This document shows, one piece after another, positions 1 through 13,300 of a DNA stretch of 64,000 nucleotides (position 1 is its first letter; every line of letters starts with the position of its first letter). The notes under the pieces were generated by a model that searched no databases, was not told where the DNA came from, and worked only from the letters and a program-made list of their open reading frames with translations. Both the position numbers and the translations under genes were made by a program. This DNA comes from the human T2T-CHM13v2.0 reference genome, Homo sapiens. The stretch lies in the NCBI RefSeq assembly GCF_009914755.1, contig NC_060927.1; one strand, given 5' to 3'.

Positions 1-81
1 CAGGCCTGTGGTACAAAAGGGAATGTCTTCACATAAAATCTAGACAGAAGCGTTGTCGGAAACTACTTTGTGATACCTGCC

Positions 82-100
82 TTCAACTCTCAGAGTTGAA
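82..100. other. Perfect 9-bp inverted repeat with 1-nt spacer, present in most HOR copies
   Basis: ttcaactct-c-agagttgaa, where the arms are exact reverse complements. It is broken in a few copies, e.g. caacaatcag near 18770 and 20468. Confidence 0.85.
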
Positions 101-176
101 TATTCCTCTTGACGGAGCAGTTTTGAAAAACGCTTTTTGTGGAATCTCCAAGTGGATATTTGGACCTCTTTGTGGC

Positions 177-193
177 CTTCGTTTGAGACGTGA
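177..193 (+). promoter_or_regulatory. Degenerate CENP-B box (B-box 1), repeated in every HOR
   Basis: cttcgtttgagacgtga versus the core NTTCGNNNNANNCGGGN: CGGG is changed to CGTG. Confidence 0.9.
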
Positions 194-345
194 CTTCTTC
201 ATACAAAACTAGACAGAAGTATTCTCATCACCTTCTTCGCGATGTGTGCTTTCAACTCGCAGAGTTGCAGCTTCCTTTCGATAGAGCAGTTTTGTAACTC
301 TCTTTTTGTAGAATTTCCAAGTGGATATTTAGCGCCGTTTGAGGC

Positions 346-362
346 CTATGGTGGAAAAGGCA
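346..362 (+). promoter_or_regulatory. pJalpha-type (A-box) motif; homologous, more diverged A boxes at 686, 856, 1196, 1536 and 1705, repeated per HOR
   Basis: ctatggtggaaaaggca sits at the box-homologous position and closely matches the A-monomer pJalpha motif CTAYGGTGRAAAAGGAA. Confidence 0.75.
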
Positions 363-516
363 ATATCTTCATAGAAAAACTAGACAGAATGATTCTCAGA
401 AACTACTTTGTGATGTGTGCCTTCAACTCACAGAGTTTAACCTTTCTTTTGATTGAGCAGTTTTGAAAAACTCTTTCTGTAGAATCTGCAAGTGTATATT
501 GGGACTTATCTGAGGC

Positions 517-533
517 CATCTTTGGAAACGGGA
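517..533 (+). promoter_or_regulatory. Degenerate CENP-B box (B-box 2), repeated in every HOR
   Basis: catctttggaaacggga: TTCG is changed to ATCT; the right half is intact. Confidence 0.9.
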
Positions 534-1026
534 TTTCTTCATATAAAACTTCAAAGAAGAATCCTCAGTAAATTATTTGTGATATGTGCATTTAACTCGT
601 GGAGTTGAAACTTCCTTTCGATAGAAGAGTTTTGAAATACTCTTTTTGTAGAATTTCCAAGTGGATTTTCAGAGCGGTTTGAGGTCTATGGCAGAAAAAG
701 AAATATCTTCACAGAAAAACTGGGCAGATTCATTCTCTGAAGCTGTTTTGTGATGCTTGCATTCAGCTTACAGAGTTTAAACTTCCTTTGATAGAGCAGT
801 TTTGAAACCCTCTTTTTGTGGAATTCGCAAGTGTCTCTTTAGAGCGTTTTGGGGCCTACAGTAGGAAAGGAAATATCCTCACATAAAAACTAGACAGAAG
901 TATTGTCAGAAACTCATTTGTGATATTTGCATTCAACGCACAGAGTTGAACATTCCTCTTGATGGAGCCGTTTTGAAACACTCTTTTTGTAGAATCTGCA
1001 AGTGGATATTTGGACCTCTTTGTGGC

Positions 1027-1043
1027 CTTCGTGTGAAACGTGA
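1027..1043 (+). promoter_or_regulatory. Degenerate CENP-B box (B-box 3), repeated in every HOR
   Basis: cttcgtgtgaaacgtga (cttcgtgggaaacgtga in domain B): CGGG is changed to CGTG. Confidence 0.9.
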
Positions 1044-1366
1044 TTTCTTCATTGACAACTAGAGAGAAGAATTCTCAGAAACTTCTTTGTGATGTGTACC
1101 TTCAACTCACAGAGTTGAAGCTTCCTTTCAATAGAGCACTTTTGAAACTCAGTTTTTGTAGAATTTCCAGGTGGATATTTAGCGCCGTTTGAGGCCTATG
1201 GTAGAAAAGGCAATATCTTCGTAGGAAAACTAGACAGAATGATTCTCAGAAACTACTTTGTGATGTGTGGGTTCAACTCACTGAGTTTAACCTTTCTTTT
1301 GATAGACCAGTTATGAAACACTCTTTTTGTAGAATCTGCAAGTAAATATTTGGACTTTTTTGAGGC

Positions 1367-1383
1367 CTTCATTGGAAACGGGA
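1367..1383 (+). promoter_or_regulatory. Degenerate CENP-B box (B-box 4), repeated in every HOR
   Basis: cttcattggaaacggga: TTCG is changed to TTCA (CpG transition); the right half is intact. Confidence 0.9.
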
Positions 1384-4300
1384 TTTCTTCATAGAAACCT
1401 TGACAGAAGAATTCCCAGAAACTTCTTTGTGATGTGTGCATTTAACTCTCAGAGTTCAACCTTCCTTTTGATAGAAGAGTGTTGAAATATTCTTTTTGTA
1501 GAATTTCCAAGTGAATATTTAGAGCGGTTTCAGGCCTATGTAGAAGAGAAAATATCTTCACAGAGAAACTAGACATAATTGTTCTCTGAAGCTACTTTGT
1601 GATGTGCGCCTTCAGCTGACAGAGTTTAACCTTTCTTTGGATAGAGCGGTTTCAAACACTCTTTCTGTGGAATTTGCAATTCTATATTTAGAGTGCTTTC
1701 AGGCCTGTGGTACAAAAGGGAATGTCTTCACATAAAATCTAGACAGAAGCGTTGTCGGAAACTACTTTGTGATACCTGCCTTCAACTCTCAGAGTTGAAC
1801 ATTCCTCTTGACGGAGCAGTTTTGAAAAACGCTTTTTGTGGAATCTCCAAGTGGATATTTGGACCTCTTTGTGGCCTTCGTTTGAGCCGTGACTTCTTCA
1901 TACAAAACTAGACAGAAGAGTTCTCATCACCTTCTTCGCGATGTGTGCTTTCAACTCGCAGAGTTGCAGCTTCCTTTCGATAGAGCAGTTTTGTAACTCT
2001 CTTTTTGTAGAATTTCCAAGTGGATATTTAGCGCCGTTTGAGGCCTATGGTGGAAAAGGCAATATCTTCATAGAAAAACTAGACAGAATGATTCTCAGAA
2101 ACTACTTTGTGATGTGTGCCTTCAACTCACAGAGTTTAACCTTTCTTTTGATAGAGCAGTTTTGAAAAACACTTTCTGTAGAATCTGCAAGTGTATATTG
2201 GGACTTATGTGAGGCTATCTTTGGAAACGGGATTTCTTCATATAAAACTTCAAAGAAGAATCCTCAGAAAATTATTTGTGATATGTGCATTTAACTCGTG
2301 GAGTTGAAACTTCCTTTCGACAGAAGAGTTTTGAAATACTCTTTTTGTAGGATTTCCAAGTGGATTTTCAGAGCGGTTTGAGGTCTATGGCAGAAAAAGA
2401 AATATCTTCACAGAAAAACTAGGCAGATTCATTCTCCGAAGCTGTTTTGTGATGCTTGCATTCAGCTGACAGAGTTTAAACTTCCTTTGATAGAGCAGTT
2501 TTGAAACCCTCTTTTTGTGGAATTTGCAAGTGTCTCTTTAGAGCGTTTTGAGGCCTACAGTAGGAAAGGAAATATCTTCACATAAAAACTAGACAGAAGT
2601 ATTGTCAGAAACTTATTTGTGATATTTGCATTCAACGCACAGAGTTGAACATTCCTCTTGATGGAGCCGTTTTGAAACACTCTTTTTGTAGAATCTGCAA
2701 GTGGATATTTGGACCTCTTTGTGGCCTTCGTGTGAAACGTGATTTCTTCATTTACAACTAGACAGAAGAATTCTCAGAAACTTCTTTGTGATGTGTACCT
2801 TCAACTCACAGAGTTGAAGCTTCCTTTCAATAGAGCACTTTTGAAACTCAGTTTCTGTAGAATTTCCAGGTGGATATTTAGCGCCGTTTGGGGCCTATGG
2901 TAGAAAAGGCAATATCTTCGTAGGAAAACTAGACAGAATGATTCTCAGAAACTACTTTGTGATGTGTGGGTTCAACTCACTGAGTTTAACCTTTCTTTTG
3001 ATAGACCAGTTATGAAACACTCTTTTTGTAGAATCTGCAAGTAAATATTTGGACTTTTTTGAGGCCTTCATTGGAAACGGGATTTCCTCATATAAACCTT
3101 GACAGAAGAATTCCCAGAAACTTCTTTGTGATGTGTGCATTGAACTCTCACAGTTCAACCTTCCTTTTGATAGAAGAGTGTTGAAATATTCTTTTTGTAG
3201 AATTTCCAAGTGAATATTTAGAGCGGTTTCGGCCTATGTAGAAGAGAAAATATCTTCACAGAGAAACTAGACATAATTGTTCTCTGAAGCTACATTGTGA
3301 TGTGCGCCTTCAGCTGACAGAGTTTAACCTTTCTTTGGATAGAGCGGTTTTAAACACTCTTTTTGTGGAATTTGCAATTCTATATTTAGAGTGCTTTCAG
3401 GCCTGTGGTACAAAAGGGAATGTCTTCACATAAAATCTAGACAGAAGCGTTGTCGGAAACTACTTTGTGATACCTGCCTTCAACTCTCAGAGTTGAATAT
3501 TCCTCTTGACGGAGCAGTTTTGAAAAACTCTTTTTGTGGAATCTCCAAGTGGATATTTGGACCTCTTTGTGGCCTTCGTTTGAGACGTGACTTCTTCATA
3601 CAAAACTAGACAGAAGAATTCTCATCAACTTCTTCACGATGTGTGCTTTCAACTCGCAGAGTTGCAGCTTCCTTTCGATAGAGCAGTTTTGTAACTCTCT
3701 TTTTGTAGAATTTCCAAGTGGATATTTAGCGCCGTTTGAGGCCTATGGTGGAAAAGGCAATATCTTCATAGAAAAACTAGACAGAATGATTCTCAGAAAC
3801 TACTTTGTGATGTGTGCCTTCAACTCACAGAGTTTAACCTTTCTTTGGATAGAGCAGATTTGAAAAACTCTTTCTGTAGAATCTGCAAGTGTATATTGGG
3901 ATTTATCTGAAGCCATCTTTGGAAACGGGATTTCTTCATATAAAACTTCAAAGAAGAATCCTCAGAAAATTATTTGAGATATGTGCATTTAACTCATGGA
4001 GTTGAAACTTCCTTTCGACAGAAGAGTTTTCAAATACTCTTTTTGTAGAATTTCAAAGTGGATTTTCACAGCGGTTTGAGGTCTATGGCAGAAAAAGAAA
4101 TATCTTCACAGAAAAACTAGGCAGATTCATTCTCCAAAGCTGTTTTGTGATGCTTGCATTCAGCTTACAGAGTTTAAACTTCCTTTGATAGAGCAGTTTA
4201 GAAACCCTCTTTCTGTGGAATTTGCAAGTGTCTCTTTAGAGCGTTTTGAGGCCTACAGTAGGAAAGGAAATATCTTCACATAAAAACTAGACAGAAGTAT

Positions 4301-7300
4301 TGTCAGAAACTTATTTGTGATATTTGCATTCAACGCACAGAGTTGAACATTCCTCTTGATGGAGCCGTTTTGAAACACTCTTTTTGTAGAATCTGCAAGT
4401 GGATATTTGGACCTCTTTGTGGCCTTCGTGTGAAACGTGATTTCTTCATTTACAACTAGACAGAAGAATTCTCAGAAACTTCTTTGTGATGTGTACCTTC
4501 AACTCACAGAGTTGAAGCTTCCTTTCAATAGAGCACTTTTGAAACTCAGTTTTTGTAGAATTTCCAGGTGGATATTTAGCACCGTTTGAGGCCTATGGTA
4601 GAAAAGGCAATATCTTCGTAGGAAAACTAGACAGAATGATTCTCAGAAACTACTTTGTGATGTGTGGGTTCAACTCACTGAGTTTAACCTTTCTTTTGAT
4701 AGACCAGTTATGAAACACTCTTTTTGTAGAATCTGCAAGTAAATATTTGGACTTTTTTGAGGCCTTCATTGGAAACGGGATTTCTTCATATAAACCTTGA
4801 CAGAAGAATCCCCAGAAACTTCTTTGTGATGTGTGCATTTAACTCTCAGAGTTGAACCTTCCTTTTGATAGAAGAGTGTTGAAATATTCTTTTTGTAGAA
4901 TTTCCAAGTGAATATTTAGAGCGGTTTCAGGCCTATGTAGAAGAGAAAATATCTTCACAGAGAAACTAGACATAATTGTTCTCTGAAGCTACTTTGTGAT
5001 GGGCACCTTCAGCTGACAGAGTTTAACCTTTCTTTGGATAGAGCGGTTTCAAACACTCTTTCTGTGGAATTTGCAATTCTATATTTAGAGTGCTTTCAGG
5101 CCTGTGGTACAAAAGGGAATGTCTTCACATAAAATCTAGACAGAAGCGTTGTTGGAAACTACTTTGTGATACCTGCCTTCAACTCTCAGAGTTGAATATT
5201 CCTCTTGACGGAGCAGTTTTGAAAAACGCTTTTTGTGGAATCTCCAAGTGGATATTTGGACCTCTTTGTGGCCTTCGTTTGAGACGTGACTTCTTCATAC
5301 AAAACTAGACAGAAGAATTCTCATCAACTTCTTCGCCATGTGTGCTTTCAACTCGCAGAGTTGCAGGTTCCTTTCGATAGAGCAGTTTTGTAACTCTCTT
5401 TTTGTAGAATTTCCAAGAGGATATGTAGCGCCGTTTGAGGCCTATGGTGGAAAAGGAAATATCTTCATAGAAAAACTAGACAGAATGATTCTCAGAAACT
5501 GCTTTGTCATGTGTGCCTTCAACTCACAGAGTTTAACCTTTCTTTTGGTAGAGCAGTTTTGAAAAGCTCTTTTTGTAGAATCTGCAAGTGTATATTGGGA
5601 CTTATCTGAGGCCATCTTTGGAAACGGAATTTCTTCATATAAAACTTCAAAGAAGAATCCTCAGAAAATTATTTGTGATATGTGCATTTAACTCATGGAG
5701 TTGAAACTTCCTTTCGACACAAGAGTTTTGAAATACTCTTTTTGTAGAATTTCCAAGTGGATTTTCACAGCGGTTTGAGGTCTATGGCAGAAAAAGAAAT
5801 ATCTTCACAGAAAAACTAGGCAGATTCATTCTCCGAAGCTGTTTTGTGATGCTTGCATTCAGCTTACAGAGTTTAAACTTCCTTTGATAGAGCAGTTTTG
5901 AAACCCTCTTTTTGTGGAATTTGCAAGTGTCTCTTTAGAGCGTTTTGAGGCCTACAGTAGGAAAGGAAATATCTTCACATAAAAACTAGACAGAAGTATT
6001 GTCAGAAACTTATTTGTGATATTTGCATTCAACGCACAGAGTTGAACATTCCTCTTGATGGAGCCGTTTTGAAACACTCTTTTTGTAGAATCTGCAAGTG
6101 GATATTTGGACCTCTTTGTGGCCTTCGTGTGAAACGTGATTTCTTCATTTACAACTAGACAGAAGAATTCTCAGAAACTTCTTTGTGATGTGTACCTTCA
6201 ACTCACAGAGTTGAAGCTTCCTTTCAATAGAGCACTTTTGAAACTCAGTTTTTGTAGAATTTCCAGGTGGATATTTAGCGCCGTTTGGGGCCTATGGTAG
6301 AAAAGGCAATATCTTCGTAGGAAAACTAGACAGAATGATTCTCAGAAACTACTTTGTGATGTGTGGGTTCAACTCACTGAGTTTAACCTTTCTTTTGATA
6401 GACCAGTTATGAAACACTCTTTTTGTAGAATCTGCAAGTAAATATTTGGACTTTTTTGAGGCCTTCATTGGAAACGGGATTTCCTCATATAAACCTTGAC
6501 AGAAGAATTCCCAGAAACTTCTTTGTGATGTGTGCATTGAACTCTCACAGTTCAACCTTCCTTTTGATAGAAGAGTGTTGAAATATTCTTTTTGTAGAAT
6601 TTCCAAGTGAATATTTAGAGCGGTTTCGGCCTATGTAGAAGAGAAAATATCTTCACAGAGAAACTAGACATAATTGTTCTCTGAAGCTACATTGTGATGT
6701 GCGCCTTCAGCTGACAGAGTTTAACCTTTCTTTGGATAGAGCGGTTTTAAACACTCTTTTTGTGGAATTTGCAATTCTATATTTAGAGTGCTTTCAGGCC
6801 TGTGGTACAAAAGGGAATGTCTTCACATAAAATCTAGACAGAAGCGTTGTCGGAAACTACTTTGTGATACCTGCCTTCAACTCTCAGAGTTGAATATTCC
6901 TCTTGACGGAGCAGTTTTGAAAAAAGCTTTTTGTGGAATCTCCAAGTGGATATTTGGACCTCTTTGTGGCCTTCGTTTGAGACGTGACTTCTTCATACAA
7001 AACTAGACAGAAGAATTCTCATCAACTTCTTCGCGATGTGTGCTTTCAACTCGCAGAGTTGCAGCTTCCTTTCGATAGAGCAGTTTTGTAACTCTCTTTT
7101 TGTAGAATTTCCAAGAGGATATTTAGCGCCCTTTGAGGCCTATGGTGGAAAAGGCAATATCTTCATAGAAAAACTAGACAGAATGATTCTCAGAAACTGC
7201 TTTGTCATGTGTGCCTTCAACTCACAGAGTTTAACCTTTCTTTTGGTAGAGCAGTTTTGAAAAGCTCTTTTTGTAGAATCTGCAAGTGTATATTGGGGCT

Positions 7301-10300
7301 TATCTGAGGCCATCTTTGGAAACGGGATTTCTTCATATAAAACTTCAAAGAAGAATCCTCAGAAAATTATTTGTGATATGTGCATTTAACTCATGGAGTT
7401 GAAACTTCCTTTCGACACAAGAGTTTTGAAATACTCTTTTTGTAGAATTTCCAAGTGGATTTTCCAGCGGTTTGAGGTCTATGGCAGAAAAAGAAATATC
7501 TTCACAGAAAAACTAGGCAGATTCATTCTCCGAAGCTGTTTTGTGATGCTTGCATTCAGCTTACAGAGTTTAAACTTCCTTTGATAGAGCAGTTTTGAAA
7601 CCCTCTTTTTGTGGAATTTGCAAGTGTCTCTTTAGAGCGTTTTGTGGCCTACAGTAGGAAAGGAAATATCTTCACATAAAAACTAGACAGAAGTATTTTC
7701 AGAAACTTATTTGTGATATTTGCATTCAACGCACAGAGTTGAACATTCCTCTTGATGGAGCCGTTTTGAAACAGTCTTTTTGTAGAATCTGCAAGTGGAT
7801 ATTTGGACCTCTTTGTGGCCTTCGTGTGAAACGTGATTTCTTCATTTACAACTAGACAGAAGAATTCTCAGAAACTTCTTTGTGATGTGTACCTTCAACT
7901 CACAGAGTTGAAGCTTCCTTTCAATAGAGCACTTTTGAAACTCAGTTTTTGTAGAATTTCCAGGTGGATATTTAGCGCCGTTTGAGGCCTATGGTAGAAA
8001 AGGCAATATCTTCGTAGGAAAACTAGACAGAATGATTCTCAGAAACTACTTTGTGATGTGTGGGTTCAACTCACTGAGTTTAACCTTTCTTTTGATAGAC
8101 CAGTTATGAAACACTCTTTTTGTAGAATCTGCAAGTAAATATTTGGACTTTTTTGAGGCCTTCATTGGAAACGGGATTTCTTCATATAAACCTTGACAGA
8201 AGAATCCCCAGAAACTTCTTTGTGATGTGTGCATTTAACTCTCAGAGTTCAACCTTCCTTTTGATAGAGGAGTGTTGAAATATTCTTTTTGTAGAATTTC
8301 CAAGTGAATATTTAGAGCGGTTTCAGGCCTATGTAGAAGAGAAAATATCTTCACAGAGAAACTAGACATAATTGTTCTCCGAAGCTACTTTGTGATGGGC
8401 GCCTTCAGCTGACAGACTTTAACCTTTCTTTGGATAGAGCGGTTTTAAACCCTCTTTTTGTGGAATTTGCAATTCTATATTTAGAGTGCTTTCAGGCCTG
8501 TGGTACAAAAGGGAATGTCTTCACATAAAATCTAGACAGAAGCGTTGTCGGAAACTACTTTGTGATACCTGCCTTCAACTCTCAGAGTTGAATATTCCTC
8601 TTGACGGAGCAGTTTTGAAAAACTCTTTTTGTGGAATCTCCAAGTGGATATTTGGACCTCTTTGTGGCCTTCGTTTGAGACGTGACTTCTTCATACAAAA
8701 CTAGACAGAAGAATTCTCATCAACTTCTTCGCGATGTGTGCTTTCAACTCGCAGAGTTGCAGCTTCCTTTCGATAGAGCAGTTTTGTAACTCTCTTTTTG
8801 TAGAATTTCCAAGTGGATATTTAGCGCCGTTTGAGGCCTATGGTGGAAAAGGCAATATCTTCATAGAAAAACTAGACAGAATGATTCTCAGAAACTGCTT
8901 TGTCATGTGTGCCTTCAACTCACAGAGTTTAACCTTTCTTTTGATAGAGCAGTTTTGAAAAGCTCTTTTTGTAGAATCTGCAAGTGTATATTGGGACTTA
9001 TCTGAGGCCATCTTTGGAAACGGGATTTCTTCATATAAAACTTCAAAGAAGAATCCTCAGAAAATTATTTGTGATATGTGCATTTAACTCATGGAGTTGA
9101 AACTTCCTTTCGACAGAAGAGTTTTTAAATACTCTTTTTGTAGAATTTCCAAGTGGATTTTCACTGCGGTTTGAGGTCTATGGCAGAAAAAGAAATATCT
9201 TCACAGAAAAACTATGCAGATTCATTCTCCGAAGCTGTTTTGTGATGCTTGCATTCAGCTTACAGAGTTTAAACTTCCTTTGATAGAGCAGTTTTGAAAC
9301 CCTCTTTTTGTGGAATTTGCAAGTGTCTCTTTAGAGCGTTTTGAGGCCTACAGTAGGAAAGGAAATATCTTCACATAAAAACTAGACAGAAGTATTGTCA
9401 GAAACTTATTTGTGATATTTGCATTCAACGCACAGAGTTGAACATTCCTCTTGATGGAGCCGTTTTGAAACACTCTTTTTGTAGAATCTGCAAGTGGATA
9501 TTTGGACCTCTTTGTGGCCTTCGTGTGAAACGTGATTTCTTCATTTACAACTAGACAGAAGAATTCTCAGAAACTTCTTTGTGATGTGTACCTTCAACTC
9601 ACAGAGTTGAAGCTTCCTTTCAATAGAGCACTTTTGAAACTCAGTTTTTGTAGAATTTCCAGGTGGATATTTAGCGCCGTTTGAGGCCTATGGTAGAAAA
9701 GGCAATATCTTCGTAGGAAAACTAGACAGAATGATTCTCAGAAACTACTTTGTGATGTGTGGGTTCAACTCACTGAGTTTAACCTTTCTTTTGATAGACC
9801 AGTTATGAAACACTCTTTTTGTAGAATCTGCAAGTAAATATTTGGACTTTTTTGAGGCCTTCATTGGAAACGGGATTTCTTCATATAAACCTTGACAGAA
9901 GAATCCCCAGAAACTTCTTTGTGATGTGTGCATTTAACTCTCAGAGTTCAACCTTCCTTTTGATAGAAGAGTGTTGAAATATTCTTTTTGTAGAATTTCC
10001 AAGTGAATATTTAGAGCGGTTTCAAGCCTATGTAGAAGAGAAAATATCTTCACAGAGAAACTAGACATAATTGTTCTCTGAAGCTACTTTGTGATGGGCG
10101 CCTTCAGCTGACAGAGTTTAACCTTTCTTTGGATAGAGCGGTTTTAAACACTCTTTTTGTGGAATTTGCAATTCTATATTTAGAGTGCTTTCAGGCCTGT
10201 GGTACAAAAGGGAATGTCTTCACATAAAATCTAGACAGAAGCGTTGTCGGAAACTACTTTGTGATACCTGCCTTCAACTCTCAGAGTTGAATATTCCTCT

Positions 10301-13300
10301 TGACGGAGCAGTTTTGAAAAACGCTTTTTGTGGAATCTCCAAGTGGATATTTGGACCTCTTTGTGGCCTTCGTTTGAGACGTGACTTCTTCATACAAAAC
10401 TAGACAGAAGAATTCTCATCAACTTCTTCGCGATGTGTGCTTTCAACTCGCAGAGTTGCAGCTTCCTTTCGATAGAGCAGTTTTGTAACTCTCTTTTTGT
10501 AGAATTTCCAAGTGGATATTTAGCGCCGTTTGAGGCCTATGGTGGAAAAGGCAATATCTTCATAGAAAAACTAGACAGAATGATTCTCAGGAACTGCTTT
10601 GTCATGTGTGCCTTCAACTCACAGAGTTTAAACTTTCTTTTGGTAGAGCAGTTTTGAAAAGCTCTTTTTGTAGAATCTGCAAGTGTATATTTGGACTTAT
10701 CTGAGGCCATCTTTGGAAACGGGATTTCTTCATATAAAACTTCAAAGAAGAATCCTCAGAAAATTATTTTTGATATGTGCATTTAACTCATGGAGTTGAA
10801 ACTTCCTTTCGACAGAAGAGTTTTGAAATACTCTTTTTGTAGAATTTCCAAGTGGATTTTCACTGCGGTTTGAGGTCTATGGCAGAAAAAGAAATATCTT
10901 CACAGAAAAACTAGGCAGATTCATTCTCCGAAGCTGTTTTGTGATGCTTGCATTCAGCTTACAGAGTTTAAACTTCCTTTGATAGAGCAGTTTTGAAACC
11001 CTCTTTTTGTGGAATTTGCAAGTGTCTCTTTAGAGCGTTTTGAGGCCTACAGTAGGAAAGGAAATATCTTCACATAAAAACTAGACAGAAGTATTGTCAG
11101 AAACTTATTTGTGATATTTGCATTCAACGCACAGAGTTGAACATTCCTCCTGATGGAGCCGTTTTGAAACACACTTTTTGTAGAATCTGCAAGTGGATAT
11201 TTGGACCTCTTTGTGGCCTTCGTGTGAAACGTGATTTCTTCATTGACAACTAGACAGAAGAATTCACAGAAACTTCTTTGTGATGTGTACCTTCAACTCA
11301 CAGAGTTGAAGCTTCCTTTCAATAGAGCACTTTTGAAACTCAGTTTTTGTAGAATTTCCAGGTGGATATTTAGCGCCGTTTGAGGCCTATGGTAGAAAAG
11401 GCAATATCTTCGTAGGAAAACTAGACAGAATGATTCTCAGAAACTACTTTGTGATGTGTGGGTTCAACTCACTGAGTTTAACCTTTCTTTTGATAGACCA
11501 GTTATGAAACACTCTTTTTGTAGAATCTGCAAGTAAATATTTGGACTTTTTTGAGGCCTTCATTGGAAACGGGATTTCTTCATAGAAACCTTGACAGAAG
11601 AATCCCCAGAAACTTCTTTGTGATGTGTGCATTTAACTCTCAGAGTTCAACCTTCCTTTTGATAGAAGAGTGTTGAAATATTCTTTTTGTAGAATTTCCA
11701 AGTGAATATTTAGAGCGGTTTCAGGCCTATGTAGAAGAGAAAATATCTTCACAGAGAAACTAGACATAATTGTTCTCTGAAGCTACTTTGTGATGGGCGC
11801 CTTCAGCTGACAGAGTTTAACCTTTCTTTGGATAGAGCGGTTTTAAACTCTCTTTTTGTGGAATTTGCAATTCTATATTTAGAGTGCTTTCAGGCCTGTG
11901 ATACAAAAGGGAATGTCTTCACATAAAATCTAGACAGAAGCGTTGTCGGAAACTACTTTGTGATACCTGCCTTCAACTTTCAGAGTTGAATATTCCTCTT
12001 GACGGAGCAGTTTTGAAAAACGCTTTTTGTGGAATCTCCAAGTGGATATTTGGACCTCTTTGTGGCCTTCGTTTGAGACGTGACTTCTTCCTACAAAACT
12101 AGACAGAAGAATTCACATCAACTTCTTCGCGATGTGTGCTTTCAACTCGCAGAGTTGCAGCTTCCTTTCGATAGAGCAGTTTTGTAACTCTCTTTTTGTA
12201 GAATTTCCAAGAGGATATTTAGCGCCGTTTGAGGTCTATCGTGGAAAAGGCAATATCTTCATAGAAAAACTAGACAGAATGATCCTCAGAAACTGCTTTG
12301 TCATGTGTGCCTTCAACTCACAGAGTTTAACCTTTCTTTTGGTAGAGCAGTTTTGAAAAGCTCTTTTTGTAGAATCTGCAAGTGTATATTGGGACTCATC
12401 TGAGGCCATCTTTGGAAACGGGATTTCTTCATATAAAACTTCAAAGAAGAATCCTCAGAAAATTATTTGTGATATGTGCATTTAACTCATGGAGTTGAAA
12501 CTTCCTTTCGACAGAAGAGTTTTGAAATACTCTTTTTGTAGAATTTCCAAGTGGATTTTCACAGCGGTTTGAGGTCTATGGCAGAAAAAGAAATATCTTC
12601 ACAGAAAAACTAGGCAGATTCATTCTCCGAAGCTGTTTTGTGATGCTTGCATTCAGCTTACAGAGTTTAAACTTCCTTTGATAGAGCAGTTTTGAAACCC
12701 TCTTTTTGTGGAATTTGCAAGTGTCTCTTTAGAGCGTTTTGAGGCCTACAGTAGGAAAGGAAATATCTTCACATAAAAACTAGACAGAAGTATTGTCAGA
12801 AACTTATTTGTGATATTTGCATTCAACGCACAGAGTTGAACATTCCTCTTGATGGAGCCGTTTTGAAACACTCTTTTTGTAGAATCTGCAAGTGGATATT
12901 TGGACCTCTTTGTGGCCTTCGTGTGAAACGTGATTTCTTCATTTACAACTAGACAGAAGAATTCTCAGAAACTTCTTTGTGATGTGTACCTTCAACTCAC
13001 AGAGTTGAAGCTTCCTTTCAATAGAGCACTTTTGAAACTCAGTTTTTGTAGAATTTCCAGGTGGATATTTAGCACCGTTTGAGGCCTATGGTAGAAAAGG
13101 CAATATCTTCGTAGGAAAACTAGACAGAATGATTCTCAGAAACTACTTTGTGATGTGTGGGTTCAACTCACTGAGTTTAACCTTTCTTTTGATAGACCAG
13201 TTAAGAAACACTCTTTTTGTAGAATCTGCAAGTAAATATTTGGACTTTTTTGAGGCCTTCATTGGAAACGGGCTTTCTTCATATAAACCTTGACAGAAGA

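Larger units (their letters stand above)
1..1699 (+). repeat. Representative 10-monomer HOR unit (2 x diverged pentamer); SF1/SF01-like, tentatively human chr3 S01C3H2 (D3-2)
   Basis: A/B box positions are 177(B), 346(A), 517(B), 686(A), 856(A), 1027(B), 1196(A), 1367(B), 1536(A), 1705(A) and 1876(B); spacings of 169,171,169,170,171,169,171,169,169,171 sum to 1699. The SF1-like signature 'agaatgattctcagaaact...gagtttaacctttcttt' follows A boxes. The unit structure is seen directly; the confidence value refers to the chromosome/family name, which is from recall only. Confidence 0.6.

Noticed and set aside
82-130. Hairpin followed by T-runs resembling an intrinsic terminator
   Set aside because: The context is eukaryotic satellite, the stem is AT-rich, and the dyad and T-tracts are ordinary alphoid consensus features.
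1-1699. Alternative identity as D18Z2 (also a ~1.7 kb 10-mer) or an SF3 pentameric HOR
   Set aside because: The B-A-B-A-A order and SF1-like monomer signatures fit neither the SF2 family nor the 3B+2A SF3 pentamer. It is disfavoured rather than excluded without an HMM or BLAST search.
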